A stretch of 64,000 nucleotides of DNA from Calcarisporiella thermophila CBS 279.70 (taxonomy: Eukaryota > Fungi > Calcarisporiellomycota): the NCBI RefSeq assembly GCF_041956535.1, contig NW_027192213.1, forward strand, positions 474,336-538,335. The letters run 5' to 3'. Shown here one piece after another: positions 27,253-41,197 of the stretch. A program made the position numbers and the translations under genes. The stretch's first letter is position 1. Every line of letters starts with the position of its first letter. The notes beneath the pieces were generated by a model. The model was not told the origin of the DNA, did no database searches, and saw nothing but the letters and a program-made list of their open reading frames with translations.

Positions 27253-28421
27253 GACAATGAGATGCGGAATCAGTTTACAATGGATCAACTGTTTGATAGT
27301 AGCAAACTGCAGGCTAAGATATCAGTGGAAACGGGTGGGGGTTGAGAAGAAGAGAAAAAAAAAATTAAGAAAAGAAGAACGAGAGGTAAGCTTCTGTTGT
27401 CGATTATAATAAATTCCTATCTTTTCTACTCGTAGAGTAAATTAGAATTAAGACAGACGCGCATTGAGCATGAATGGAAAGAGGGTCCAATGTCGATTGG
27501 GCCGATGAATTTCCCGAAAAGTCAATTCGAATAATTTGGAAATGATCAACCCGGCTGTTTATGGCATTACTACATCTCCTCTCTTCCTTGCTGTCTCTGC
27601 TGAAAACACATGATCAAGAGGATGATGAAAGAAAGCGTGACATACTGTTTAATTCATTTCATTTTACCTTCCTCAGGTACGACATCTAGGTACCAGGAGG
27701 CATTTCTACTGCAGTAAAATGTCTTTTGAAGATTCCGACTGCTAGAACTTGTAGAGATCAATCGTTGACTTTCCTAGAGTCTAACGCTATTAAAAGCATA
27801 GCATTATGAAAAGTTTACAACCAAAAAATGGTTTTAAGGGTCATATAGGTATATATACAAGAGAGTTGTTAAATTACAAGAAGGAATTGATTACTATTCG
27901 CATTAATACAATGATCATATTCCATATGTAGATGCATATACGATTAAGAGCTGATTGGAGCTTTACCTGTCGAGTGATAGCGACACTATTAACAGAAGGA
28001 AGCAAGTTGGATGCTTTTGTTTTATCGATAAATATAATATGAACACATTATATTTTCAGACATTTGTATTGATTAATTAGCTAGAGGCAATCGTTAAATC
28101 TCCTAGACAACAATTTAAGTCTTCATAATATGGCCTTGTTCAAATAGTAGACACTTGAATTGTGGGTATTCTTACATGAAATATTGCTGATAGTTGCAGG
28201 TAACCTTATTTCAACGTTCAGTGCATATTTATACCATGTATTGTGAGCAGGGTCAGTATTCCTCTGTGCTTTACTAAATTTCAGCCTTAGTGTTATCTGA
28301 AACATGTGACTGCTTCTAAGTCAAAAAAACCGTGTGGAAACCCGCCACCTTGGTGCGATCATTTCTCATTAATTATGGACAGCGCATATTGTGATGCATC
28401 ATAAGCACACAATGTCAGAAA

Positions 28422-31338
28422 AAGAGAGCAATCATACGGCTCTTATAACTTCAAATTTTCACGAATCGGAAAATCAGCGACCGAGGCTTTCTTCTGCTCC
28501 CGATGTCCTTGCCCTCTCACCTTTAAACTCCAGAACTGAAGCTTCCACTTCTGACAATTCGATGCCACCACCAGGATATCTTCCCCGCAGAAAACAGCCA
28601 ATTATTCTTCCTTATGCTCCTTTACCTAATTCCTGGCGACAATACGTAGCTCGAAATAGACTCAGAAGCAGATCAATGGATTCAAGGATGGAAGAAAAAG
28701 GAGGAGAATTAGTACAATATAATGAATGGAGAATTATATTGTGGGTATTCTATTGAGTGAACTACGAAGACAGATAGTGAAATATGTTTCAAATCTATAG
28801 GAGGCATGACTTGAGCGGACAAATTGTGCTTTATCATCCTCAAAATAGAGAGATTGCCATTAGACGCGTCCCGCGCCAATATAAAGTGCGGAGTTAACTT
28901 GTTTTTTATCTGGATGGGTTGGTTGACTAACCTATTCTATAGAGTATTACAGCGTATTCTAACGTGTGCATGCTCTGCCGAAGACCTTTTCTAACTGAAC
29001 AAGTATGCTTTCGTACATTCAGCGTATCAAAGGGATTCATCTAATATATCACACACAAAAAATAGAATGCAAACCCGTCGTATATGGACGCAAATTATTT
29101 TAGGCTACTTGCAGATTGTCCAAGGTAATCATGAGTCCCGCAGGTATTCCATAAAAAATTTTTTTTAATTGATAATTTTTAGACCATCGTCATCCATCTC
29201 CTCTGAAAACACATCCTCAAAACCTGCTTTACATTCCACCTCATACCCATCCACAGCTCGAGAGTCTATGTGTACCTCTATATCTGATAATGTCTCTCCG
29301 CATTCGGTGGAATCGTCTCACCTCTCCAATAGCGCTTTTAACCAAGGCTATTACGAGCGTTTTTTTGTCGAAGAGCGTAAACTTGGTCGTGGCTTACGTG
29401 GCTCTGTCTTTCTCTGCCAACACATCCTCGACAATGTGTACTTAGGCGAATATGCCATCAAAAAAGTTGCAGTGGGAGATAATCACGTGTGGTTGACACG
29501 AATGCTTAAGGAGGTCCATTTGTTGGAGCGGCTACATCATCCCAACATCATTGACTATAAACATGCATGGTTGGAAGAGCACCGTTTGACACCTTTTGGT
29601 GAGAGTGACCTTTATCTTTCTGGTACAAAATATTGGTCAAACTAAACTATTCTATATAGGACCAATGATACCCTGTTTATTTATACTTATGGTAGTCTAT
29701 TTTATATTCTCTACACTTGGATTGGCAGCAATTTAATAGAAATTAAACGCTGGTTTAGGAATGTGCTAATGGTGGTAACCTAGAAGAATATATCGAGGTA
29801 GTCGAGCCAACATCAAACTCGCAAGAGCAAGATTTTTCTCATATGACACAACGCGAAAGAGCTCTTCACGCAAAACGTCAACGCATTCTCCGCCAGCAAC
29901 CAACCCTTACTGTTCGTAAACGTTATCTTCCTCTTGAAGAAATATGGGCTTTCTTCCTTGATATTGTGAATGGTTTACGGCACCTCCATCATCACGGAAT
30001 TGTACATCGCGATTTAAAACCCCCTAACCTACTTCTCAGCTATGAAACTAACACAACACGAGAAAACCGCCTTCCCCGAGTGCTGCTCTCCGATTTTGGC
30101 GAATGTGAAGTATTGGAAGCATCTGAAGAGCGAGATCGGACTGGAGCCACGGGCACGCTTGAGTTCATGGCGCCCGAGCTCATAACGGTAGATGAAAATG
30201 GTCGTTATTTAAAGGATTACTCGCCTAAGGCAGATATGTGGAGCCTTGGAATGCTGCTATACTATTTATGTTATTCTCAGTTGCCTTACCAACAAGTGGC
30301 TGATGTGGATTTATTAAAAGAGGAGATCTTGGGATTCAATAGGCAAGTATAATTTGTTTGGGGCTTTTCTTTTCATAGGACTAAACGTTCTATCCTTCTC
30401 GCTTTTTAGTGTACCGAATTTCCCCGATATGCAGCGCAATGGTGCCAATATAAACACAACGGAAAATTCGGTTGAAGAAATCCCTCCTTTGTTCAAACAC
30501 CTTATTTTAGCCCTCCTCCGTCGTGATCCCTCTGCTAGACCCTCGTGTGATGAGATATTGGGTATGCTAGGAAATGCAGATTTGCATCTGTCGCCATTTG
30601 AGTTGCCAAATATTATGACAAAAGATATGCAAAAGGACGGGTTTGGAATAAAATTAAGCCCAATTTCGCGAAACGAAATCGAGCGAGAAGTTGACGAAGA
30701 TGGAGCTCATATTTCGAAGATAGCCTCTAGCGCAAGCTTGGCATCAGGCACTGGCATATCAATTGTAGGCTCTCCACAGGTAGAGAGTGAAAGGTTTGAG
30801 AGCGCAAAAACAAAAGAAATCGAAGGGGATGTGGCTGACGACCCCGGTATGCGCAAGCGAAAACACAATGCAAGTGATGCTGATGACCAGATACACAGAC
30901 AAGAAAAGAAGTGGTCGTCGCACCAATCGGTGCCTGTAATTAATCCCCAATTACCACCCCCACCCAATACTCGAGGCTTTTGGACACGCATCGACCAGGA
31001 GCCCGAGATTTTACAACGCATTATCAAGATGGCTTTTATGATGCTTAAGGTGCTTACCTGTGTTGCCCCATGCCACCCCTATTTACCATCAATGGAAGTT
31101 TTATATCCAGTTCTAGGAATGGCGGCTCTTGACCTGTTAACGTAAGTAGATATTTGACATATTTTATAGACTATATTTATTTATATGTGTGTATGTATTT
31201 TTTTATGATGTTACTAGACGAAGTCGAAGGACCTCTGCCATACTTGTATTTCTGCATCTTGGTTGGATTGGGCTAATAGTGATGTCTCGTAGGCGATTCT
31301 GCTGCGAAGAACCGCGTGGACTCTTAATATCTAATTAA
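28422..31338 (+). CDS. IKS1: Iks1-family Ser/Thr protein kinase with C-terminal hydrophobic helices
   Basis: NQGYYERFFVEERKLGRG, YAIKKVAVGDNH.WL..MLKEV, HRDLKPPN, SDFGE, TGTLEFMAPE, ADMWSLG. Multi-exon, including a GC-AG intron. Stop TAA at 31338. Confidence 0.88.
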
Positions 31339-31460
31339 TGCTCTGGTGTAAATCTGTGATAATAAAAATGATGATATTGTATTGGTAAAAATTTTATTTT
31401 AGTACACGAGAGGAACTAGATTGAAATAGGGTAAAGTAAAGTATACACGACCGTCCTGCT

Positions 31461-33052
31461 CTACCACATAAACCGTTGCACTATACCCGGTTCTTGGGGC
31501 CATTCAAATCCCTGATAAACAAAAATATAGCCCACAGTCGCATTAACTATAGTCTCCATAATCAATTCAAGCCACAATCTCCAACCAGATGTTGGGTTGC
31601 GCACATGTAACCGCATGAATACATATGGAAGGATAAAGTATCTAAAATCGAATAGAGGAGTGGGAACGAGCATCAACCCTACTGCGACCCAGTATCCAAG
31701 ACACCAGATAAATGTTTGGAGTTCTGCAAGCCTCGTCCAACACCAGTGAATTGCCAAGAGATATGCTGGGGCGAGAAGATAGCGCGTCAGAATATGACTG
31801 CCGTATATATCCTTCCACACATAGAACGAAAAGTGGCGATTGTCACTCAGAAGGAAGTCGTGTTCGATCGTGTTGTAACGAATTGTGTATAGCACTAAAA
31901 AGAGGACCGAGAGAGTAGTTATCTGTCGGACAGGATTGCCAGTAGTTGCTTTGAGAAAATGTGCAACATGTGCAAATTGAAATAGAGCGGGGGAAGCAAT
32001 TCCGGCCGCAAATGACACATAATAATAAACAAGTGGGAAATGCGCCGTCGCCACGTGATGGTCCCGATCGCCTAATACAATGCCTTGATTCCAATGCAAA
32101 AATGCGAAGAACCCCGCCAACACAAAAAGGTAAGGATAGAGCGTCCCAATAAGATTGAAGCACTCTTGAATGGCACCAGAAACAAAATCAAATGTCGCAG
32201 CAACGGCATTTCCAAGGTTGCGCACGCTAGATGCTGGGCTTTCGCGGATGATATGGCGATCCGCAAGAATCCGTGCAGTAGTCGTGCCTAGAATAAAAGA
32301 GACCCAGATGATATTTGTTTGGCGAAAAAGCACAGAAATAGCTGAGAACTAGATCATAAAGTGCACACGTTAGTCTTATTGCTCGATATATCTTTCAAAC
32401 ATTTAGATTTCACGTTTTTATGTAGGCGTATTATTAATCGAAATAACAAGATAACTTACCAGAGCACTTAACCAATATCGCCTCTCTAAAGACCAAAAAT
32501 AGGCCCCAATCACGAACAGAGCAGATCCCACGTCTGTATAATACAAGAAGTTGAAGAACCAAAGCACTGGGAATAAAGCTAGCCCAAATGCTGTCCACTC
32601 ATGCCCGTTAATTCTTGGTTGGACTTTTTTCAAAACACAGAGAAAAAGTGGATAGAGAAGAATGCCAAAGATTCCATTAATAGCTCTCAGATTGGCCGTA
32701 GTGCAGAGCTTAGGAGATAGAAGACCAAGAGGGGCAGTAAACAGATACCTGTATACAACAGTATAATATAGTTTAAACTTTGTCGAAATTACATCGCAAG
32801 ATGTGAGCATACAATCCAGGGAGTGTGGTTATCTTTGGATGCCATGTGTTAAAAGCGCCCCAGCAGTATTGTTGAGCCTGAGGAATGTGAAAAATCTCAT
32901 CCTAATTATAAAGAATTTAGGAAAGGGTTGAAAAGCCTCTATTGATAAATAGTAACCATATAAGGCTCAGGCACATGGCGATTGATAAACCCAGACACTA
33001 CGGTAATAATGGTGGCATGAAGTAAAAAGAGTGCTGTGGACAATGTTATCAT
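31461..33052 (-). CDS. ALG10: Dol-P-Glc alpha-1,2-glucosyltransferase Alg10/Die2
   Basis: VPEPYMDEIFHIPQAQQYC, KITTLPGLY, FLYYTDVGS, FRQTNIIW, LSDNRHFSFY, PLFDFRYFILPY, C-terminal QRFMW. Confidence 0.95.
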
Positions 33053-33271
33053 TATTTAAGCAGAATATGCAGCAACTTGTCGAGAAAATAATTCACGCGT
33101 CGAAATTTTGTTCGTCTATTGTGACTATCAATTGTAAGGAAGGAATCTAATATATTATGTTCAAACAGAAACAAGGAAATATAAATGTAAAATATGTAAG
33201 AGCAGAACTAGAATATAATTGTGAAAAAAAGAATACTAACTATATACCTAAAATACAAAAAAAAGTAAAAT

Positions 33272-34567
33272 TTAATTACAGTGTGCAAACGTTAAAGACC
33301 GTGGAAAAACTGGAGAGTTGGACTCTGAAGAGTCTGGTGAATCACCGCTCACACTTCCATCTTCAAATAAATCTTCATCCATATCCTCGTCATCGATCGA
33401 CATATTCTTCAACTTTTTAATTTGGCACACTTCTCTGTACCCTCGCACCAGCGTTTCCATCGCCTTACGCCAAGTAAACTTTTGCGCCTTTGCCAGTGCC
33501 TCTTCGGACATGTTCCGCCGCCTCTCGGGATCCATTGTCATCAATTGTTCTAATAAGCCTCTATATCCATTAACCTGCTCTTCCCAGGACATATTTTCTA
33601 CATCCAAAAGCAGTCCAGTTCTCTCATGTTGAACGAGGTCGCAAACACCCTCTGCACGTACTCCAACAACTGGTAGCCCGCTTGCCATTGCCTCTAGAAC
33701 TACTTGACCAAAAGTTTCCGTACGCGAAGGAAAGACAAATATATCTGCTGAGGCGAATATAGAGGAAAGGGCAGTACGATCTAGTTGACCAGTGAAGGTA
33801 ACGGGATAGGTATCTAGTGCATTTTCAACTTCTTTTCGTGCAGGCCCATGCCCAACCACGACTAAATGAACTTGTGTATGATCCATAGAGCGATAGGCAG
33901 CAGTAAGAAGATTTAAATTCTTTTCATGAGATATACGGCCCACATAGAGAAGAAGAGTTTTGTTTTCTGAACCTGGACCAAGAAGCTCGCTCCTAACTAC
34001 TTCGCATCGCTGCTCCGGTGAGAATAAGCGGGTATCTACGCCCCGTGTCCATATCCTCAGGTTTCTGAAACCACGAGCCGCTAGCATGTTTGCAGTCGAC
34101 TGTGATGGGCAGTATGTCCAGGCGCATTTACTGTGCAGATGTCTACTCAATTTCCACGTACTATTTGTCATAAATCCGAACCCAAAAAGCGGCAAATATA
34201 GACCTATATTCGTATGGTACGAAGAGATGACAGGTACATCTGGTAAGAACCATTCTATAATGTACGTCATCTGCGCGCCCAGCCATATGGGATCCACAAG
34301 ATGAATCACATCAGGTTTAAATTCGAGCAACTGTTTAAGGAAGAGAGGTCGGAAAAAATTGAGTTTGAGCTCATCATAAAACCCAATGAGAGGGATTCCC
34401 CATGTGCCAAGGATTTGTGCCCCAGCGTAGGTTGTCATTCCACTTCTAGGTCCAAGAAGTATAGTCTGGTGCCCTTCATACTGTAGATGCTCAAGGAGAC
34501 GCACTAAAGTGTGCGTTACTCCATCAATTTTCGGAAGAAAATTCTCCGTGATGATTGCGATGCGCAT
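33272..34567 (-). CDS. GT4 (GT-B fold) glycosyltransferase, SQD2/MgtA/PimC-like; intronless
   Basis: MRIAIITENFLPKIDGVT, SYHTN, WTRGVD, LYVGRISHEKN, VVGHGP, FPSRTETFGQVVLEAMASGLPVV (EX7E motif). Confidence 0.9.
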   Translation of the reverse strand: MRIAIITENFLPKIDGVTHTLVRLLEHLQYEGHQTILLGPRSGMTTYAGAQILGTWGIPLIGFYDELKLNFFRPLFLKQLLEFKPDVIHLVDPIWLGAQMTYIIEWFLPDVPVISSYHTNIGLYLPLFGFGFMTNSTWKLSRHLHSKCAWTYCPSQSTANMLAARGFRNLRIWTRGVDTRLFSPEQRCEVVRSELLGPGSENKTLLLYVGRISHEKNLNLLTAAYRSMDHTQVHLVVVGHGPARKEVENALDTYPVTFTGQLDRTALSSIFASADIFVFPSRTETFGQVVLEAMASGLPVVGVRAEGVCDLVQHERTGLLLDVENMSWEEQVNGYRGLLEQLMTMDPERRRNMSEEALAKAQKFTWRKAMETLVRGYREVCQIKKLKNMSIDDEDMDEDLFEDGSVSGDSPDSSESNSPVFPRSLTFAHCN

Positions 34568-35310
34568 GGGTAGAAACAGAATTAGGGAGAAATGATAAGG
34601 CAAGTGGCCCAAGGATGTATTTTAATAATTAATCTTAGCTTTTGATGACTAGTTAAAGAATCGTTCTATCCTGTGAAACAAAATAGGAACAGAAAGAGAT
34701 CCGAGCCTCTAAGAAATAAAGAGGATATTGTTTGAAATATTATTCAAAGTGTGAGGAAAATCATGTCTGACAAGGCAAACCAATTTCGGAACTATTGGAA
34801 ATTTTATTTGTCAGTGAAAATGAAAATATTCATCGCAATAAATTTAAATAAATCGATAAATATGACTGATTTTAATAATGAGAATGCATAGAGTGTTGCT
34901 TTCTTTCTTATTCTATCTATTAGAATCTTTGTAAATCTCAACTAAGGTTAGACAGAGTTTGCTCAATAAATGCCAAATCACTAGTTTTTGTTAATTGAAT
35001 TGAGATAATGAAGAGTAAATATATCATTGTTTTTTTTCATGTTTTAGTATGGACACCAGTTCCAATAGATGAAGTATATCTACACCTTAATATATTTCAA
35101 GTGATAAGCAAGCCTTTATCTGTGAGTGACTATGGTTTTTATGCTTAATGCTCCAATTTTCCCTCTACACTCAGAAAAGAAAATTAAGCTGTTGGCTTAG
35201 CAAAATTCACAAGCCTCCATTATAGAATCGAGTGACGACGATAACCCCTGGCCTCTAAGTCAATTTCGATTTTTTATAAATACAATAATCGTACCCATTA
35301 AATAAGTAAA

Positions 35311-35797
35311 ATGAATCGCTTCTCGACTCTCCGCCCCGCTGGTCATTCTCTTTTCCGCCAAGCAATCTTTCGCCCTACTACCCACCTTTCTCCTGTAATT
35401 CTTTCTCGTCTTTATAGCTCTTCCCTTCCCCGCGAAGAGATCGAAAGGCGTGTTTTAGATGTGTTGGCGAAATTCGATAAAATTGATAAATCCAAGGTAT
35501 ATTTTGTTTGAACAATTGTTACTGTTTTGTTGCATTTTGTGAAAAACAAAACTGAATTATTTGAAATTATTAAATCCTTCAGAATTTTATTGATTTTTTT
35601 TTCCTTTCTATTTATTATAGGTATCTCTTGATTCACACTTCATTAATGATCTAAACCTCGACTCACTCGATGCTGTTGAGGTCGTAATGTCCATTGAGGA
35701 GGAATTCTCTGTTGAGATTCCCGACAAGGAAGCCGATGAGATTAAAACTCCACGACAGGCAGTTGAATATTTGACAAGTCGAGATGATGCGAATTAA
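35311..35797 (+). CDS. ACP1: Mitochondrial acyl carrier protein; 2 exons
   Basis: Presequence, then [26 protein letters not shown] with the phosphopantetheine DSL motif. Intron 35497-35620. Confidence 0.95.
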
Positions 35798-35958
35798 AAG
35801 TAGTACATTTTTATAGAACATATATTGTTATTTGAAAATAAAGTGGGTTTTTTTTACACACTTGATAGTTTATATTTATACTGTTGATAATTATGGGGCA
35901 TACTATCAATTGAATGAGCATATATATAATCATATAGCAAAAAAAAAAAACCAGAATT

Positions 35959-36465
35959 NNNNNNNNNNNNNNNNNNNNNNNNNNNNNNNNNNNNNNNNNN
36001 NNNNNNNNNNNNNNNNNNNNNNNNNNNNNNNNNNNNNNNNNNNNNNNNNNNNNNNNNNNNNNNNNNNNNNNNNNNNNNNNNNNNNNNNNNNNNNNNNNNN
36101 NNNNNNNNNNNNNNNNNNNNNNNNNNNNNNNNNNNNNNNNNNNNNNNNNNNNNNNNNNNNNNNNNNNNNNNNNNNNNNNNNNNNNNNNNNNNNNNNNNNN
36201 NNNNNNNNNNNNNNNNNNNNNNNNNNNNNNNNNNNNNNNNNNNNNNNNNNNNNNNNNNNNNNNNNNNNNNNNNNNNNNNNNNNNNNNNNNNNNNNNNNNN
36301 NNNNNNNNNNNNNNNNNNNNNNNNNNNNNNNNNNNNNNNNNNNNNNNNNNNNNNNNNNNNNNNNNNNNNNNNNNNNNNNNNNNNNNNNNNNNNNNNNNNN
36401 NNNNNNNNNNNNNNNNNNNNNNNNNNNNNNNNNNNNNNNNNNNNNNNNNNNNNNNNNNNNNNNNN
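35959..36465. other. Assembly gap (507 N), probably a false gap between overlapping contig ends
   Basis: The same sequence TATATAATCATATAGC-(A)n-CCAGAATT occurs on both sides, differing only in A-run length. Confidence 0.85.
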
Positions 36466-36583
36466 TATATAATCATATAGCAAAAAAAAAAAAACCAGAA
36501 TTACAGTTGATATATTTAAACAAATGTGCATGAGATGTTGCAATTTATTAACTCTAATGAAAAAAACCCTATTATCTTGAATA

Positions 36584-37708
<1,125 letters not shown>

Positions 37709-38619
37709 CTCTATCCATCCAGAGATCTTTTAAATGAATCTCTCATGTATTAACAAAATTGAAAGACAGTCACTTAATTGAAATCTCAAGATTTCAATTA
37801 TGTTATAATATCTTAGATTCGAACACAACACTATTAATTAAATCAGTCTTTTAAATAGATATTTATTATTGTATCAACTACTATGAGATGAGTGCAGGTA
37901 GGTATGAGCCCTAATATTGAATGACTGTTGACTATGTAAGTAGGATAATTCTTTTATTAGCAATGTCGTATGTCACATCTTATATTTTATAATGTGACAA
38001 ATGAACGCATAGAGCTTAATACAGGAAAACTTTGAGTACCACATAATATCTTCAGCGATCCTAGCCTGAGAGATTAAGTGAATATAAAAATGAAGAAAAC
38101 CTCCTTTATCTTGAGTTACTGGTTAGACATTTAATCCGCTTCTAGATCAAGACTGATTTTGATATGTAAATATAGCATTCATTTGCACAAACAGATAGGT
38201 TCATTTATGAGCGAAAATATTGCATTGAAGTAATGCGATGTTTCAAAGAGAAGAACACTTTTATTCATATTGTGTTTATCAAGAATCACCTCGCCTTGAT
38301 TCTCTCAGCATCAGCCGCAGGCTAGTAGGATCAGGAATCGAAGAAGTTCCTCTCTTTCCTAAATAAATCAAAATAAGAACATCTATACCAAATCATCTTC
38401 GCATAGAGTTGAAACGAGGGCGAAAAGAAACAAGTTACTAGACTATTCTGCAGAAGTCACTACTCATTAGTTAACTTAGGAAGAAAAAAGAAGAATAGAA
38501 TCAAAATTTTTAAAGTTTTTATAATGTTTATTTTCACATATACTCATTAGGAAAAGAATTAAAGCAAAAAGAATACCCACTTCTACCAGCATTTCATATA
38601 GCTTATAGAACGTGAACAT

Positions 38620-39524
38620 CTATTCTTCAGCATGCCCGTTTGTCTTTTCGTCCAAGGCTTCCCGTGGAGGTGAGTGTGCATTATCTTCATTCATCTCATC
38701 CTTACGTCTCTCAGGAGAAGCAGATCGGCGTTCAGCAGGGGGGGGACTGCGGCCACGGCGGGGAGATCGGCTACGGCTACGGCTGCGATCACGACGTGGG
38801 CTCACAGAGCGGCTGCGAGAATAGCTGTCACGACGGGGAGGCGAGCGGCTATCGCGACGAGGGGATCGGCTATCACGACGAGGTGAACGGCTGTAACGGC
38901 GAGGGGAGCGGCTACGGCTGCGAGAATAGCGTGATCGACGAGGGGAACGAGAACGGCTGCGACGGCGATCACGGCTGCGTCTTCTTGGACTGCGGCTGTA
39001 ACGTCTAGGGCTTCTGCTGTATCTATATAGGAGTGATTTAATTATTATCAAAATATAAAAATGTTTAAAAAGAAAAATTACCTTCGGCGATAATCCCTCT
39101 CACGGCAATCTCGTGCCCAATGACCGGGTTGTCCACATCGGAAACAGTTATCACCCCCGGCTGCGCGTCCAGGACTCTTCGCATATTCGACTGCGATCTT
39201 GGAACCGAATGCCGTTTTTCCATCCCAATCGCGAAGGGCATCCTCTGCATCACGTCTAGAAAATAGGATTAGTTATATGATATAATCACGATCGAACCAA
39301 AATAAATTATACCTGTCTGTATATTCAATGAAAGCAAAGGCTTTTAGGCAAGATTTAATAGTGTTAGCATGAATAAAAAGCAACGGTGAGTGTTAGGAAT
39401 AGTTACAATTCATGCGACCTCGCTTGACATCACAGCGCACTAACCGACCATATTTCCCGAAGAGATCTTCCAATTCCGATTGACGGATATCCAAGGGAAG
39501 ATGTCCGACAAAGAGCGTAGACAT
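38620..39524 (-). CDS. SR splicing factor, RRM + CCHC knuckle + RS domain (SRSF7/9G8-like)
   Basis: LFVGHLPLDI, FAFIEY, DAEDA, CFRCGQPGHWARDC and a long RS-repeat tail. Three coding introns. Confidence 0.92.
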
Positions 39525-39715
39525 TTTATCCGATAGAAAGAAATATTAAACAAATGAGGGAATGAGCATACAGAAAGGAAGGGCCTCAAAGGAGAATTTT
39601 TTTCTAGACTCGAAATAAAAACAAGTGTGCTGACGTTTTCATTTAAGAAAAGCCACATCCTATAATATTGATAATAATATTGAAAATAGTTTATAGAGAA
39701 TATAGTAATTTACTC

Positions 39716-40151
39716 ATGTCTCTCAAGATCAACCTCCAGTTTGGGTAATATATTGCTTCCCAGCATACGACGAATTATCTTATGTAATATTTTGGATTTG
39801 ATTTAACAGCGGAGGGATGGAACTTCTCTTTGATAATGTTAAGTCGAAGAATGTTGAAATCCCCGCGCAGCACGGCTCTAGAAACACAAACTTAAAGGAT
39901 CTTATTGCGTGGATTAGGAATAATTTGCTTAAAGAAAAGCCGGAGTTTTTTGTTCAAGGAGATAGCGTGTAAATATACGAGCAATCAAAAAGTGAACATG
40001 ATAGTATATACTAATAATGTTTGATAAAATAAGTCGCCCAGGCATTCTAGTTTTAATCAATGACACGGATTGGGAATTGGAAGGAGAACTCGAATATGAA
40101 TTGAAAGACAACGATGAAATTGTGTTTATTTCTACACTACATGGGGGTTAA
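39716..40151 (+). CDS. URM1: Ubiquitin-related modifier Urm1; 3 exons
   Basis: Spliced [27 protein letters not shown] and C-terminal FISTLHGG*. Not in the ORF track because of introns. Confidence 0.95.
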
Positions 40152-40427
40152 TGATACTAATTTATTGTTTTTGCAGTCGCATGAAAATATATCATTTTAA
40201 TAAAATAGCGCATATAGATATTTTCTAATTAGCTAGTTTAAGATACGCCCTTGGATAAATATGCCATCACCTCCTATTGATAATACGCTTTGGTTTAGCA
40301 TAGATTCACTGCACTCACGCGATCAGTAGATTTAAGAATATTTAACCCGCTTCAAATCAATTTAATGGGTGATACACTTGGTCCATATTAAATATAGTGA
40401 ACGCCTTAAATCCATTTGAAATTTCTA

Positions 40428-40976
40428 ATGATTTCAGTTGTAAATCCACTATCACCTTGTGACGCACACTTTGAACCCTCTGTGAATGCAGAAGTAATAT
40501 CTTCATTGAATCGTCTTTCACTCTGTGATTCCCAATCCAAAACACCATCACAGACTCCGCCATCGTCTATATCAGATAGCCTATCAACAAACCAGAATGT
40601 TGCAGACTACGAAATGATAAATGAAGAATCATTTGGACCAATTTCCGCAGATAGATCACACCTGCTGAAGCATGAACTCATCAAGACAAATTCCGAAGAT
40701 GATTCAATGCTTAGTCTTTCAATCTTTTCGAACGAAACGGGCCAGATAATATCTTTTCCCATCACAAAGCTTCCGATATCTCTGCGAAATTCTAAAGTCA
40801 GGTTCGGGAAAGACAATTGTAGGACACCGAGATATCCTAGCATATCCATTTATCACAAGCATCCACGGAATTCGACAATATTCCGCAAGCATAAACCGGT
40901 GCCGTCTTTAAACAAAAATAGTTATTCATCGCAAAAATCATGTGTGTTGAAGAGGCATTATAGAAAAGTTGTATAA
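40428..40976 (+). CDS. Hypothetical Ser-rich protein with basic C-terminus (orphan)
   Basis: 182-codon uninterrupted ORF from ATG in an otherwise AT-rich interval. No recognisable domain. Confidence 0.45.
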   Translation: MISVVNPLSPCDAHFEPSVNAEVISSLNRLSLCDSQSKTPSQTPPSSISDSLSTNQNVADYEMINEESFGPISADRSHLLKHELIKTNSEDDSMLSLSIFSNETGQIISFPITKLPISLRNSKVRFGKDNCRTPRYPSISIYHKHPRNSTIFRKHKPVPSLNKNSYSSQKSCVLKRHYRKVV

Positions 40977-41197
40977 AATTTGTATTAAATGAAGCTTGAG
41001 GTGTTTTCATTCCGTTGATATAATTTCAGCGTGCTCCATAACCATTAGTTCATGTTCTCTAATTTACACAAGTTAGCTCTAGAAAAATAAAATTTCCTCC
41101 GAATATCTGATCTGAATAGTATTACTGTGACTGTTCCACGAATATTTCACCTCTTTCATTACTTTGTCAATTTCCTTTTTTCACTCGCAAAGTAAAA

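Noticed and set aside
24180-34567. Glycosylation gene cluster (GH92, ALG10, GT4)
   Set aside because: Different compartments and pathways, and interrupted by a kinase. Proximity alone is insufficient.
35811-36543. ORF-track entries of 221-233 aa
   Set aside because: Artefacts of translating through Ns.
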